Shown: positions 28,258-37,498 of the stretch, in pieces
Position numbering within the stretch: the first letter of the stretch is position 1
Layout: every line of letters begins with the position of its first letter
From: Polyangiaceae bacterium
GTDB lineage: Bacteria; Myxococcota_A; Polyangia; Polyangiales; Polyangiaceae
Reading direction: 5' to 3'
DNA: 51,580 nucleotides
Assembly: GCA_044222475.1 (NCBI GenBank)
Contig: JBGANF010000047.1
Span: forward strand, 1-51,580
Translations under genes and position numbers: made by a program
Notes under the pieces: generated by a model
What the model was told of the DNA's origin: nothing
The model's input: only the letters and a program-made list of their open reading frames with translations
The model's database searches: none

Positions 28258-29517
28258 TCACGGCTTGGCGAGCCGGTCCTTCGAGTCGAGCATCGCGGCG
28301 CGGTAGACTCCGCTCGCCATGAAGGAGCGCTCGGCGGCGCGGCGCGCGTCGTAGACCGCAGCGCGCACCTCGTGCACGCGGCGATCGTCCGGAGCTGCCA
28401 GCGCCGCCATCTCGGCGAAGTGACACGCGAGCCGGAGGTCGCTCGCTGCGAGCTGCTCCGCCCGGTCGGCCAGCTTGCTCGCGCCGCCAGCGAGCGCGGC
28501 GGTCTCTCGTGCGATCGCGACGTCGGGCGCTGGCTTGAGGTTCGCCGGGTTGCCGTCGTACCAGCCGCCGTACAGTCGCCACAGGTTCCGCACCACGAAC
28601 TCGGGCTCGTCGTAGGTCGGCTGGAGATACGGGAGCTCGGCGAGGTGCGTCGGCAGCTTCACCGTGTGGATCACGTCGTCGAGGCGCGCGCCACGGTTCA
28701 TGAGGTCGAGCACCTGCCCATGCAGACTCTCGAGCGCGGCGGCGGTGTTCTCGAGCACCTCGGCGACGTGGGCCGCACCGCCGATCGCGGGCCCATGGGC
28801 GGGGAGGAGGAGCTCCGGTGACAGCGCGGCCATCTTCCGAAGCGCGACCGCCCACTCCCAGGCATAGCGCTGCACCTTCTGCGGGTTGCCCGCGTTGGGA
28901 AACTGCCAGATGAAGAGGTCGCCGACGCAGATCGCGCGACGCGACGGGATCCACGCCCACGTGTGATCGTCGGTCTCGCCGCGGGCGTGGAAGAGCTCGA
29001 ACGTCGTGCCACCGACCTCGAGCGTGCGTGCCGCGCGATACGGCTCGTCGGGGTAGTGGAACTCGCTCGGGAACATGGGCTCCGGCAGGCGGAATTGCCG
29101 CTGGTTGATGATCCCGTTGTAGCCCTGGGTCAGCTTGTAGCGGTCGAAGCGCGCGGCGACACTCTCGTGGGCGACGTAGCGGATCGGTCGCCCTCGCGTC
29201 GTCGCGTCGGCGTCGAACGCTTCGGCGCCGGTGACGTGGTCGACGTGCCCGTGGGTGTAGACCACGGTGTGGACGTCCGCGTTGGACCAGCCTCGCAGCG
29301 TCGCGAGCGCCATCGGCGCGAAGAGCGCGTGCGACACGTCGAACACGGTGAGGCCGTCCGTCCCGGCGAACGCGATGACGTTGGAGAAGCTCTCGATGAA
29401 CGCGAGGTCGTCGCGCAACACGGCCAGCTTTCCGATCGTGTCGCTCACGAGGCCGTTCATCTCGAGCTTCTCTTGGCCAGCGAGGATCCTTCGCGAGCGT
29501 TCGAGCATGTCGGTCAT
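28258..29517 (-). CDS. MBL-fold alkyl/aryl sulfatase (SdsA-like) with dimerization domain
   Basis: YTHGHVDH, GETDDH, GDL, PAHG and YGGWYDGNPA.L.P motifs. Confidence 0.9.
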   Translation of the reverse strand: MTDMLERSRRILAGQEKLEMNGLVSDTIGKLAVLRDDLAFIESFSNVIAFAGTDGLTVFDVSHALFAPMALATLRGWSNADVHTVVYTHGHVDHVTGAEAFDADATTRGRPIRYVAHESVAARFDRYKLTQGYNGIINQRQFRLPEPMFPSEFHYPDEPYRAARTLEVGGTTFELFHARGETDDHTWAWIPSRRAICVGDLFIWQFPNAGNPQKVQRYAWEWAVALRKMAALSPELLLPAHGPAIGGAAHVAEVLENTAAALESLHGQVLDLMNRGARLDDVIHTVKLPTHLAELPYLQPTYDEPEFVVRNLWRLYGGWYDGNPANLKPAPDVAIARETAALAGGASKLADRAEQLAASDLRLACHFAEMAALAAPDDRRVHEVRAAVYDARRAAERSFMASGVYRAAMLDSKDRLAKP

Positions 29518-29591
29518 GGGTCCAAGATACCCGAGCACGGGTCGAGGATGGTCGCGTCGCAAAGTAGCCTGGCCCGGACTATCCTACTCAC

Positions 29592-30623
29592 GTGTCGATC
29601 GCCCGAGCTGCAGTCGCGTTGCCAACGCTCGGTGCGCTCGTTCTTCTCTCGTGCGGTCGAACCGGCCTCGACTCGACCGCCATCGACTGGCACGAGGATG
29701 CAGGCGAGGCCGCGGCCAGCCTTCCCGCGGCGTGCCCTCCGACGACGGCCCCCATCCAACTCGCTCGGACCGCCAAAAGCTCGGCCGGCTTCCAGCTCGC
29801 CGTCAGCCCCACCCATGTCTACTGGTGGGACGCGTACAAGAACGTCCATCGAGTACCGAAGTGCGGAGGGCCGCCAGAGCTCGTCACCACGGGCCTCTAC
29901 TACGTGAGCGGTCTCGCCTTCCGTTGGGGAACGCTCTTCGTTGCAGACTCGGTGGGAATGCCCCGATCGTCGGGGCGCATCCTCGCGGTCGGCGATGGTA
30001 CGACCCGCGTCGCCGCCGACCACATCGACTCCGGCCCGAGCGGGATCGCCACCGACGACCGGAGTCTCTACTTCTTGTCGGGTCCACCTCATTCGAACTC
30101 GCTCCTACGACTCGACTGGCCGAGCGAGACGACGACCGTCGTCACGGCGAACGTCTACCGGTTTCTGGTCGGTGGGCCATACCTCTACCTGTTCCGTCCA
30201 CCCAACGTGCTCGCGCTCCCCCTCGGTGGTGGTTCCGTCATCCCGTTGGACGACCGTGGCGTCGAGCCGTTGGCCGCTGACGAGTCCGGCGTCTACTACG
30301 CCGATACGAAGACCGGTGCGCCTGCGATTTGGCACGTCGCGGTCGGTTCGAGTCCCGAGCTGTGGATGCCGAGCGCGAGACTCAGCGTACCGTTCGGTGC
30401 AGTCGACGCCACGCGGCTCTATCTGCCGACGAGGACGACGGAAGGCACGTTCCCCAACGAAACCTCGAAGGGACTGGTACTCGCCGTGTCGAAGTCGACC
30501 AAGGAAGTCAGCGTCTTCGCTTCGACGCCGACGGGGGCCTTCATCGAAGCCATCGCAACGGACGACTCGAGCGTCTACTGGATCGAATACGACGAGGGAC
30601 GATTGATGAAGTTGGACAAGTGA
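29592..30623 (+). CDS. Beta-propeller-like lipoprotein (DUF5050-like)
   Basis: Lipobox LLSC-GRTGL and repeated IATD..S(L/V)Y(F/W) blades. Confidence 0.7.
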   Translation: MSIARAAVALPTLGALVLLSCGRTGLDSTAIDWHEDAGEAAASLPAACPPTTAPIQLARTAKSSAGFQLAVSPTHVYWWDAYKNVHRVPKCGGPPELVTTGLYYVSGLAFRWGTLFVADSVGMPRSSGRILAVGDGTTRVAADHIDSGPSGIATDDRSLYFLSGPPHSNSLLRLDWPSETTTVVTANVYRFLVGGPYLYLFRPPNVLALPLGGGSVIPLDDRGVEPLAADESGVYYADTKTGAPAIWHVAVGSSPELWMPSARLSVPFGAVDATRLYLPTRTTEGTFPNETSKGLVLAVSKSTKEVSVFASTPTGAFIEAIATDDSSVYWIEYDEGRLMKLDK

Positions 30624-30633
30624 AACCAAGCGT

Positions 30634-30665
30634 CAGGGACGCGGGCGTGGTGGCCCACGTCCCTG
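30634..30665. terminator. GC-rich hairpin between convergent genes
   Basis: CAGGGACGCGGGC...GCCCACGTCCCTG stem with no U-tract. Confidence 0.5.
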
Positions 30666-30670
30666 CGCCT

Positions 30671-30985
30671 TCAGTGGATGAGGCGATGCAGCGTGGCACC
30701 GATGCGGTCGAGAGCATCGACGAGGCGTTCGTCGCGCTGGATGAAGCCCCAGGCCGCAGCGAGCTCGAGAGCCGCAGCGGTTTCGCGCGTGGAACCGAGA
30801 GCGGTACGGAAGCGTTGCCGCGACACTCCATCGCGAGAGCCTTGGGCTTCGGCGATGTTGAGGACGATGCTGGAAGCCGCGCGCCGAAGCTGCCGCCCGA
30901 GGTCCGGATCGTGAGCCGAAATCTCCCGAACGACGGGAGCCAGAGAGCGCACGGTTTCGAGAGCGAAGACTTGGATCTGCAACAT
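30671..30985 (-). CDS. Four-helix-bundle protein (23S-IVS protein/bAvd-like)
   Basis: AAAGGAGA RBS. 104 aa with QLRRAASSIVLNIAE and FRTALGSTRET. Confidence 0.9.
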   Translation of the reverse strand: MLQIQVFALETVRSLAPVVREISAHDPDLGRQLRRAASSIVLNIAEAQGSRDGVSRQRFRTALGSTRETAAALELAAAWGFIQRDERLVDALDRIGATLHRLIH

Positions 30986-31021
30986 GGTGATTCTCCTTTG
31001 CCCCCGGCGCACCCGCGCGAA

Positions 31022-31167
31022 GGCACGTTCGCCACGCCACGGAGCGGAGGCCGGTTCAAGGCTGGCGCGCTCCGTAGCGCCGCGCTTCGCGGTACCCGAA
31101 GGGGTGACACCGCCGAAGGCGGCTTGGCCTTGAACCGGCCGAGCACCGTGGCACGATCGAACTGCCG
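31022..31167. repeat. Long imperfect palindrome with nested mini-hairpins
   Basis: GGCCGGTTCAAGGC (31049-31062) pairs with GCCTTGAACCGGCC (31127-31140). Outer pair GCCACGG/CCGTGGC. Inner hairpins CCGCGCTTCGCGG, ACCCGAAGGGG and CCGCCGAAGGCGG. Confidence 0.75.
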
Positions 31168-31230
31168 AGCGAGGCCCGGTACGCACTGAGGATCCGAGGA
31201 GTCTTGGGCGACACTCGTCCCAAGCTGGGA

Positions 31231-31314
31231 CGGACTCGGACTCGGACTCGGACTCGGTCACGGAAGCGGAAGCGGAAGCGGAAGCGGAAGCGGAAGCGGA
31301 AGCGGAAGCGGCCT
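31231..31314. repeat. Compound hexamer microsatellite (CGGACT)4 CGGTCA (CGGAAG)8 CGGCCT
   Basis: Read directly from the sequence. 14 in-phase CGGNNN units. Confidence 0.95.
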
Positions 31315-31315
31315 C

Positions 31316-33646
31316 CTACTTCGGCTCCAACACCAGCGTCGCGGTCGCCTTCGCCCGAATCGCTTCGTCGGTCCACGCCATCGTGACCGCCTCTCCTCGA
31401 AGCCACAGGTCGATCATGTCGTCGTAGTGCGGCGACATCGGGTTCCCCGACTGCCCTCCCGCGAGCACGAACCGGTTGTTCTCCCACTGCCCCACGTCGA
31501 GCACCATCCGCAGATTGGGGATGCCGATCGCGTTCGACAGCGGGTCGTCGAACACGACGGACCCCTGCACGATCGTCGTCGCATCGCCGCCGAACGCATA
31601 GGGTCCCCGGTTCCAGATCCGATCGAACGGGCGCTGCGTCCCCATCGCGTGCTCGAGCACGAGCGGCCGCACGTCGCCCCAGCGCCACCGCACCTCGCTC
31701 CCTCGCGCACGGAGCGTCTGCATCGCCGCGCCCATCGCCGACGCGCACTCCTCGTCCCAGCCACCCTGGAACCAACCCGGTGGTGCCTCCAGCAACAGCA
31801 TCACCAGGTGCTCCAACCTCCGCAGCGACATCATCCCGTGCGTCAGCACCGCGTTCACGCCTTCGCCGATCGCCGCTCGCCACGCGTTCGGCGCCTTCGC
31901 CTTCACGACCCGAACCATCATGTCGGCGAAGAACAGCTCGTAGATCGACGCCGCCGCAGACTCGCCCGACACCGTGCCGTCCCACGCGGACAACAGGCGG
32001 ACCGCATCGTTCTCCCCTGCCCTCCGCGCCGCCGCGATCACCACGTCGCGCAGGCGAGGCCAAAGCACCGTGTGCCGATCGACCTGAAGCTCCATCGTCG
32101 CGGCGAAGTCCCACCCCTCGCGCGACGCGAGCCGCTCCGTGATCCTCGCGAGGCGCGACCCGTCGAGCCAGTCGGCGCCCAGAAACGCGCCGGTCGGGCT
32201 CGGGCCCGGGTACGCGTTCGCCACCGCCGCGAATCCCTCGGTGGGATCGGTCACCGTCGGCAGCGCCGCGTACGGCTGCGGCTCGTCTTCCCAGCCGAAT
32301 TGCTTGTCCCAACCTGGGACAGGCAACATCCCCGTTCCCCCGCGCCGCACCGGCGCATCCCCGATCACCTGGCGCGCGATCGTACCGTGACGATCGGCGA
32401 AGACGCGGTGCTCCGAGAGCGACGGGTACGACGAGTACACCGCGAGCGCCTCGGCGACGGACTTCGCGTGGCGCACCTCGTACCCTCCGATCCGTCTCGC
32501 CGCCATCCAGGTCGCCCGCATCGACAGCGCCACGTCGGACCCTCCGAGCGGCGGGCTCACGATCGGCCCGCGCGGCGTGACGAGCACGCGCTCCGTCACC
32601 GACGGCTTTCCCTTGATCGCGATCGTCTCTCGCCGAACCTCGCAAGGCACCCATCGGTCGCCGTCGAGCACGCTCTTCCCGTCTTCGCCCACGCGCTCGA
32701 GGAACAAGTCCGTGTTGTCCACGTGGCCGGCGGTGATTCCCCACGCGACGTGCCCGTTGTGCCCGAACGACACCGCCGGTTGCGACGGCAGACACGCGCC
32801 GCTCATCGACCACGTCGGCGTGCGCACGTGCGTCAGGTACCAAGGCGCCGGCAGCGCCGCCGAGAGGTGCGGATCGCACGCCATCAGCGGGCGCCCGCTC
32901 GCCGTGCGCGAGGGCCCCACGGCCCACGCGTTCGACGCGCCTCGCACGCCGGTGACGGCGACGACACGACTCGCGTCATCGGCCAGGCGCTCCGCCGCGG
33001 CGAGCGCGTCGACGTCGGCCGCGAGCAGCTCGAGCGACGTCATCGCGCCGCCCCACGCCGGGTCCGACGCCTCGAGCGCGAGCAACGCATCCTTCCCGTC
33101 CTGACGAAGCACGCGAAGGCGCGCGAGCTCGGCATCCCAGTTCGAGCTCAGCGCGAACGCGAGGAACTGGAGCACGACGAGCGTGTCCTCCGGCTGGAAC
33201 CTCGACGGCGGAATGCCGATGAGCACGAGCTCGTGCGCCTTCTTCTCCGCGCCGTGCGCGTACGCCGCGTTGATCCCGGCGGCGAACGACGCGAGCTGCG
33301 CCTGCTCGCGCGGAGCAAGCGCGGCGAGCTGCCCCCGCGCGACCTCTGCCAAACCGAGCCGGCGCATCAGTCGATCGACCGGGAGCATGTCCGCGCCGAG
33401 GACCTCGGCAAGCGTGCCTCGTCCGACACGCAGGTAGAGCTCGAGCTGGAACGCTCGGTCCTGCGCCTGAGAGAAGCCCATCCCGAAGAACGCGTCGTCG
33501 TCGCTCTCGGCCTCGATGTACGGGATCCCGTGCGCGTCGCGCCGGATCGTGATCGGCGCGCGCGGGCCGTCGATGCGCAGCGTGCCTTCGGTGATCGGCA
33601 GACGACGGCCGAGCGCCGCCCCGAGCAATGCACTCAGAATCCGCAT
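31316..33646 (-). CDS. Penicillin acylase family Ntn-hydrolase (peptidase S45)
   Basis: I.RD.HGIPYI.A, QAQDRAFQL, GA-SNAWAV nucleophile, DPHL and GGQSGNP.SPHY.D motifs. Confidence 0.95.
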   Translation of the reverse strand: MRILSALLGAALGRRLPITEGTLRIDGPRAPITIRRDAHGIPYIEAESDDDAFFGMGFSQAQDRAFQLELYLRVGRGTLAEVLGADMLPVDRLMRRLGLAEVARGQLAALAPREQAQLASFAAGINAAYAHGAEKKAHELVLIGIPPSRFQPEDTLVVLQFLAFALSSNWDAELARLRVLRQDGKDALLALEASDPAWGGAMTSLELLAADVDALAAAERLADDASRVVAVTGVRGASNAWAVGPSRTASGRPLMACDPHLSAALPAPWYLTHVRTPTWSMSGACLPSQPAVSFGHNGHVAWGITAGHVDNTDLFLERVGEDGKSVLDGDRWVPCEVRRETIAIKGKPSVTERVLVTPRGPIVSPPLGGSDVALSMRATWMAARRIGGYEVRHAKSVAEALAVYSSYPSLSEHRVFADRHGTIARQVIGDAPVRRGGTGMLPVPGWDKQFGWEDEPQPYAALPTVTDPTEGFAAVANAYPGPSPTGAFLGADWLDGSRLARITERLASREGWDFAATMELQVDRHTVLWPRLRDVVIAAARRAGENDAVRLLSAWDGTVSGESAAASIYELFFADMMVRVVKAKAPNAWRAAIGEGVNAVLTHGMMSLRRLEHLVMLLLEAPPGWFQGGWDEECASAMGAAMQTLRARGSEVRWRWGDVRPLVLEHAMGTQRPFDRIWNRGPYAFGGDATTIVQGSVVFDDPLSNAIGIPNLRMVLDVGQWENNRFVLAGGQSGNPMSPHYDDMIDLWLRGEAVTMAWTDEAIRAKATATLVLEPK

Positions 33647-34692
33647 CAGGCGATGAGGATCCCGTAGCGCGGCAGGATGCGATAGATGACGTCGAACCGA
33701 TGCGCCATGAGCGCGTCGTGGAACATCTTCCAGTTCGAGTGGACGAACTTGGGATCGAACTTGGCTTGGCCGTCCTCGACCTCGCCGAGGGCCTCGTGCT
33801 TGAACGACCCCGGCCCGCGCGGCACGTAGCTCGGCTTGTCGCCGAAGCCGAACGCACCGCGCGCGATCATGTCGCACCAGGCTTGGTGGCGCGGCATCTC
33901 CTCCTCGACCTTGATCGCGAGGAAGAGCTTGAGCAGCGTCTCCTTGTCCTTGTCGGCGATGCCCGGCACGTTCGCGTTCGCGTCGCCGGCGCGAAAGCGC
34001 TGCATCGCGCGGACCATCGCGTCGGACGCTTCGAGGTAGTCGCGCGGGTTGTTCCGCTCGATGCGCTGGCCGAGCCCGTTCGTGTACGCCCACACGAGCC
34101 ACGGCCGATCCGGGTTCGACAGCACGCACCCGTGACCGAGCGGCAGCGCGTTGTTGATGAAGAAATTCTTGAGCTTCGTCGCCACACGCTCGTCGGGTTT
34201 GCCGTCTTCGCCGGTGATGTCGGTCGCGTTGTTCACGACGTGGCTCACGCCGGCGAAGCCTTGGTGCGCCCACGTGTCGGCGTAGACGTGCATCGAGATG
34301 CCGAGCCGATGAAGCGCGTACGGCGAGCTCCGGTCGGCGATGCACGCGCGGATCATGTCTTGAGCGACCGGACTGTTCGGGACCGTGATGAGCTTGTTGA
34401 TGAACGGCCCTTCGGGGCTCTTGTCCTCGGCGAGCCCGCCGTTTCCGGGCAGGAAGTGAAACGGGACCCAGCACGTGCTGTTGCGCAGCATCTCCAAGTT
34501 TCGATAGTCGAGCATCTTGTGAGCGCTCGCGGTGCGCGTGTAGAGCGCGCCGTTGTCGAAGACGATCGTCCCTTCTTCCACCGCGTCGTCGACGTACTGC
34601 GCCGAGTACCCGACGATGTGCGCTTCGTCCTTGGAGAACCCCGCCATCCTCGCGAGGGCGTAGGTGACGGCGTGATGAAAGTCGGTCTGCAT
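33646..34692 (-). CDS. DUF6765-like protein (possible Zn-dependent phospholipase C/P1-like fold)
   Basis: MQ.DFH...TY.LAR.AGF, SQ/AQYVDD, W.PFHF.PG and LGI.MH.YADTWAH motifs. Confidence 0.7.
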   Translation of the reverse strand: MQTDFHHAVTYALARMAGFSKDEAHIVGYSAQYVDDAVEEGTIVFDNGALYTRTASAHKMLDYRNLEMLRNSTCWVPFHFLPGNGGLAEDKSPEGPFINKLITVPNSPVAQDMIRACIADRSSPYALHRLGISMHVYADTWAHQGFAGVSHVVNNATDITGEDGKPDERVATKLKNFFINNALPLGHGCVLSNPDRPWLVWAYTNGLGQRIERNNPRDYLEASDAMVRAMQRFRAGDANANVPGIADKDKETLLKLFLAIKVEEEMPRHQAWCDMIARGAFGFGDKPSYVPRGPGSFKHEALGEVEDGQAKFDPKFVHSNWKMFHDALMAHRFDVIYRILPRYGILIA

Positions 34693-34756
34693 CGCGGCCC
34701 AGGATAGCCGCTACGCGCGCGCGCGTGGCAGGCTTCTTCGAGCGCGCGGCAAGTGA

Positions 34757-35755
34757 TCACTGGCACATCAGGTTCGAGATCGCGTGGCACGAGCTCGCGA
34801 GCCCGTAGCTCGTCGGCCCGAGGATCTGGCTGCACTGCGTCGGGACGACGTTCTGCGTGTTGTAGTAGACGCACTGCACCGAGCCCGACGTCAGCACGTT
34901 GTAGCTCACCGCCGACGTGAGGCCGGCGAGCTTGCAGTACGCGTCGGCGTACTGCGCGTCGTTCGTGGAGCAGTTGCCGCTGCAGAGAATGCCGCTCGGG
35001 TTGACCTTGTTGCACACCGTGGTGACGGCGACCTGCGAGCTGCATTTCCCGCCGACGCACGCCGGCTGGTTGAGCGGACAGACGTTGCCGCACGCGCCGC
35101 AGTTGTTCTTGTCGTTGTTGGTGTTGATGCACGAGCTGCCGCACCACTCGGTGCCGGTCGCGCAGCAGTGGCCCTTGATGCACCACTCGGTGTCGGTGGC
35201 GCACGCGGTGCCGCAGTTGCCGCAGTGATCGTGGGAGTTCTGCGTGTCCCAGCAAAGCTGATCGTTGCAGAGCGACGTTCCGCTGCCGCACGTGAACTCG
35301 CACTTGCTGTTGGAGCAACCCGGCGTCGAGAGCGACCAACCGGTGCCTGCGTCGAAGCCACCATCCGGCTTGGGGACGCCGGCGTCGGGGTTGCCGGTGC
35401 CGGTGTCCGGACCGCCGTCGGGGCCGTTGCACTCCGTGCCGCAAGTGCCGCAGTTCTTCGTGTCCTTCGTGGTGTCGACGCAGCTCTGGCCGCCGGAGCA
35501 CTTGATGGTCGGCGGATCGCACTGGTTCTTGCACGCGCCGTTGGTGCACACCTGCGTGCTGCTGCACGCGTTCGTGCAGCTCCCGCAGTGCTTGGGATCG
35601 GTGAGCAGATCGAACTGCGGACAGGCCGCGGCGTCGACGCCCGGACCGTCGGTGCCGGCGTCGTTCCCGGTACCGATCGTCGTTGCCGTTGCGCAAGCCA
35701 CGATGACTCCGCTGGCGGAGAGCACCGCGAGGACCCCAAAGCGAAGGCGACTCAT
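34757..35755 (-). CDS. Cys-rich repeat lipoprotein (MXAN_6577/Stig1-like D..NCG.CG..C repeats)
   Basis: Lipobox IVAC and four (D/N)..(H/N)CG.C...C repeats. Confidence 0.8.
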   Translation of the reverse strand: MSRLRFGVLAVLSASGVIVACATATTIGTGNDAGTDGPGVDAAACPQFDLLTDPKHCGSCTNACSSTQVCTNGACKNQCDPPTIKCSGGQSCVDTTKDTKNCGTCGTECNGPDGGPDTGTGNPDAGVPKPDGGFDAGTGWSLSTPGCSNSKCEFTCGSGTSLCNDQLCWDTQNSHDHCGNCGTACATDTEWCIKGHCCATGTEWCGSSCINTNNDKNNCGACGNVCPLNQPACVGGKCSSQVAVTTVCNKVNPSGILCSGNCSTNDAQYADAYCKLAGLTSAVSYNVLTSGSVQCVYYNTQNVVPTQCSQILGPTSYGLASSCHAISNLMCQ

Positions 35756-35806
35756 CCTTGCAGAATACGCCATTTTGGGGAGGAGTCCCCCTTCTCCGGC
35801 CGGCGC

Positions 35807-36586
35807 CTAGAACGAGGTCGGGGCTCGGTCGAAGAAGAGCTTTCCACTCGGAATCTCTTCGGAAGTCGTGGCGAGCCAGACGATCGTGTCGGCCCCTTCG
35901 GCGACCGATCGAGGAGCGCTCTTTCCGCCCATCCGCGTCTGCACCCAGCCGGGGTCGACGGCGCTCACGGTGATGCGCTTCCCGGCGCTGGCGAGCTCGC
36001 GCGCGCCGATGCGCGTGAAGACGTTGAGCGCCGCCTTCGAGACGCGGTACGCGGAGCTCGGCCAGCCGAGGCTGTCGTGCGTGTGCGCGGCGACCGCGGT
36101 CGTGAACTCGTCGAGTAGCGCCGCGAGCTCCTCGCGCGTGATCGCGTCGGCGGCGAAGCGCTTGCGAACGGAGGGCGTGAACGCGGACAGGTTTCCCATC
36201 CCGCTCGACACGTGGATGATGCGGCCGCCGTCGCGGACGAGCGGCGCGAGCGCGTCGGTGACGGCCATCGCTCCGTAGGTGTTCACCGCGAGCGTCTTCC
36301 GAACGACGGTGCTGTCGAAGCCGTCGAACGTGGCGCCCGCGTTGTTCACGAGGACGTCGATGCCGCCGAGGGACGTCTTCGCGAACGCGGCGAACGCGGC
36401 GATCGACTCGGCCGACGTCACGTCGAGCGCGTGCGACTCGACGCCGATCGACGCGGCGGCCTTCTTGCCCGCTTCGGCGTCGCGGCTGGCGAGGATGACG
36501 CGGAGCCCTTTGCCCGCCAGCTCGCGGCAGACCTCGAGCCCGATGCCGCGGTTTCCGCCGGTGACGACTGCGACACGTTTCTCCAC
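35807..36586 (-). CDS. Short-chain dehydrogenase/reductase (carbonyl reductase-like)
   Basis: VTGGNRGIG, NNAG, YRVSK and PGWVQT.MG motifs. Confidence 0.95.
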   Translation of the reverse strand: MEKRVAVVTGGNRGIGLEVCRELAGKGLRVILASRDAEAGKKAAASIGVESHALDVTSAESIAAFAAFAKTSLGGIDVLVNNAGATFDGFDSTVVRKTLAVNTYGAMAVTDALAPLVRDGGRIIHVSSGMGNLSAFTPSVRKRFAADAITREELAALLDEFTTAVAAHTHDSLGWPSSAYRVSKAALNVFTRIGARELASAGKRITVSAVDPGWVQTRMGGKSAPRSVAEGADTIVWLATTSEEIPSGKLFFDRAPTSF

Positions 36587-36615
36587 TGGGTCAGGGCACG
36601 GTAGCATCGATCTCC

Positions 36616-37431
36616 GTGGATCCAGTCTTGGAGCGCGATCCGCTGGCCTTTTTCTCCGACTGCGCCGGCAAAGTGCTGCGCCGAACGCACTTCGCCTACT
36701 TGGGCGCGAGCGCGACGCTGCTGTCGCCGGTGATGTGGGGTCACATCGGCAAGCGCGACATGGGTGAGCTCATGGAGGTGCTGGTCGCGTCGGGGCGGCG
36801 TGCCGTTCAGCGAGACGCGATCGTGCAGATGCAGGGAGTCGTCGGGATCGAGGAGGAGGGCCTCCGCGAGCTCGCGGCGTTCATGCAGCAGACCGTGCAG
36901 CGTGGGCGCGCGGTGACGACGCGCGAGGCCGTCGTTCGTCCAGGTGGCACCATCGGCATGCTCATCGCCGGCTTCTACGAGGTGATCCGCCCGCTGTATC
37001 CGGTGCAGCTCTGCGCGAGCCTCGAGGAAGCGCTCGACTGGCTCGGCACCGACGCGGAGACGCGCGCTTGGCTGATCGAGAACAGCGACGCCGAGCGCGA
37101 GCGCGGAGCGCGGACGAACGACGTCGCGTACCAAGTACGGGAGCACCTCGCGACGCACGTGCGCGACGTCACGCTCGCGAGCGTCGCCGCCGATCTGAAG
37201 GTTCCGCTGCGCACGCTGCAGCGGCGACTGCGCGACGCGGGCGTGCGCTTCGAAGACGAGGTCGGTCGAGCGCGCCTCGCGATGGCGAAGAACCTCCTCT
37301 TGCGAACGGAGTACGACGTGAAGCGCATCGCGCTCGAGGTGGGCTGCGCGAGCCCGTCGCGGCTGACGCAGCTGTTCCGAGCGCTCGAGGGGACGACGCC
37401 GACCGCGTGGCGGGCGATCCACCGGACGTGA
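36616..37431 (+). CDS. AraC family transcriptional regulator
   Basis: C-terminal VA..L....RTLQRRL...R...A..LL...IA.EVG...S.L...F....GTTP..WR. Confidence 0.9.
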   Translation: MDPVLERDPLAFFSDCAGKVLRRTHFAYLGASATLLSPVMWGHIGKRDMGELMEVLVASGRRAVQRDAIVQMQGVVGIEEEGLRELAAFMQQTVQRGRAVTTREAVVRPGGTIGMLIAGFYEVIRPLYPVQLCASLEEALDWLGTDAETRAWLIENSDAERERGARTNDVAYQVREHLATHVRDVTLASVAADLKVPLRTLQRRLRDAGVRFEDEVGRARLAMAKNLLLRTEYDVKRIALEVGCASPSRLTQLFRALEGTTPTAWRAIHRT

Positions 37432-37498
37432 CGGTCTGCCCCGCCTCCGCTCAAGCGTTTGGCGCCCTGGCGAAATTGGGCGGATTTAGGCTGGGTTC

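Noticed and set aside
24857..30670. Integron cassette array or composite transposon
   Set aside because: No attC-like RYYYAAC/GTTRRRY sites were found. No integrase, transposase or target duplication. Gene orientation is mixed.
24620..31314. Diversity-generating retroelement (Avd-like genes)
   Set aside because: No reverse transcriptase and no TR/VR pair. Differences between the two copies are mainly synonymous and not adenine-specific.
31231..31314. CRISPR array, or coding FRFRFR/ESESES repeat
   Set aside because: Pure hexamer tandem with no spacers. The ORFs through it are shadows, and the real gene starts at 30985 after its SD.
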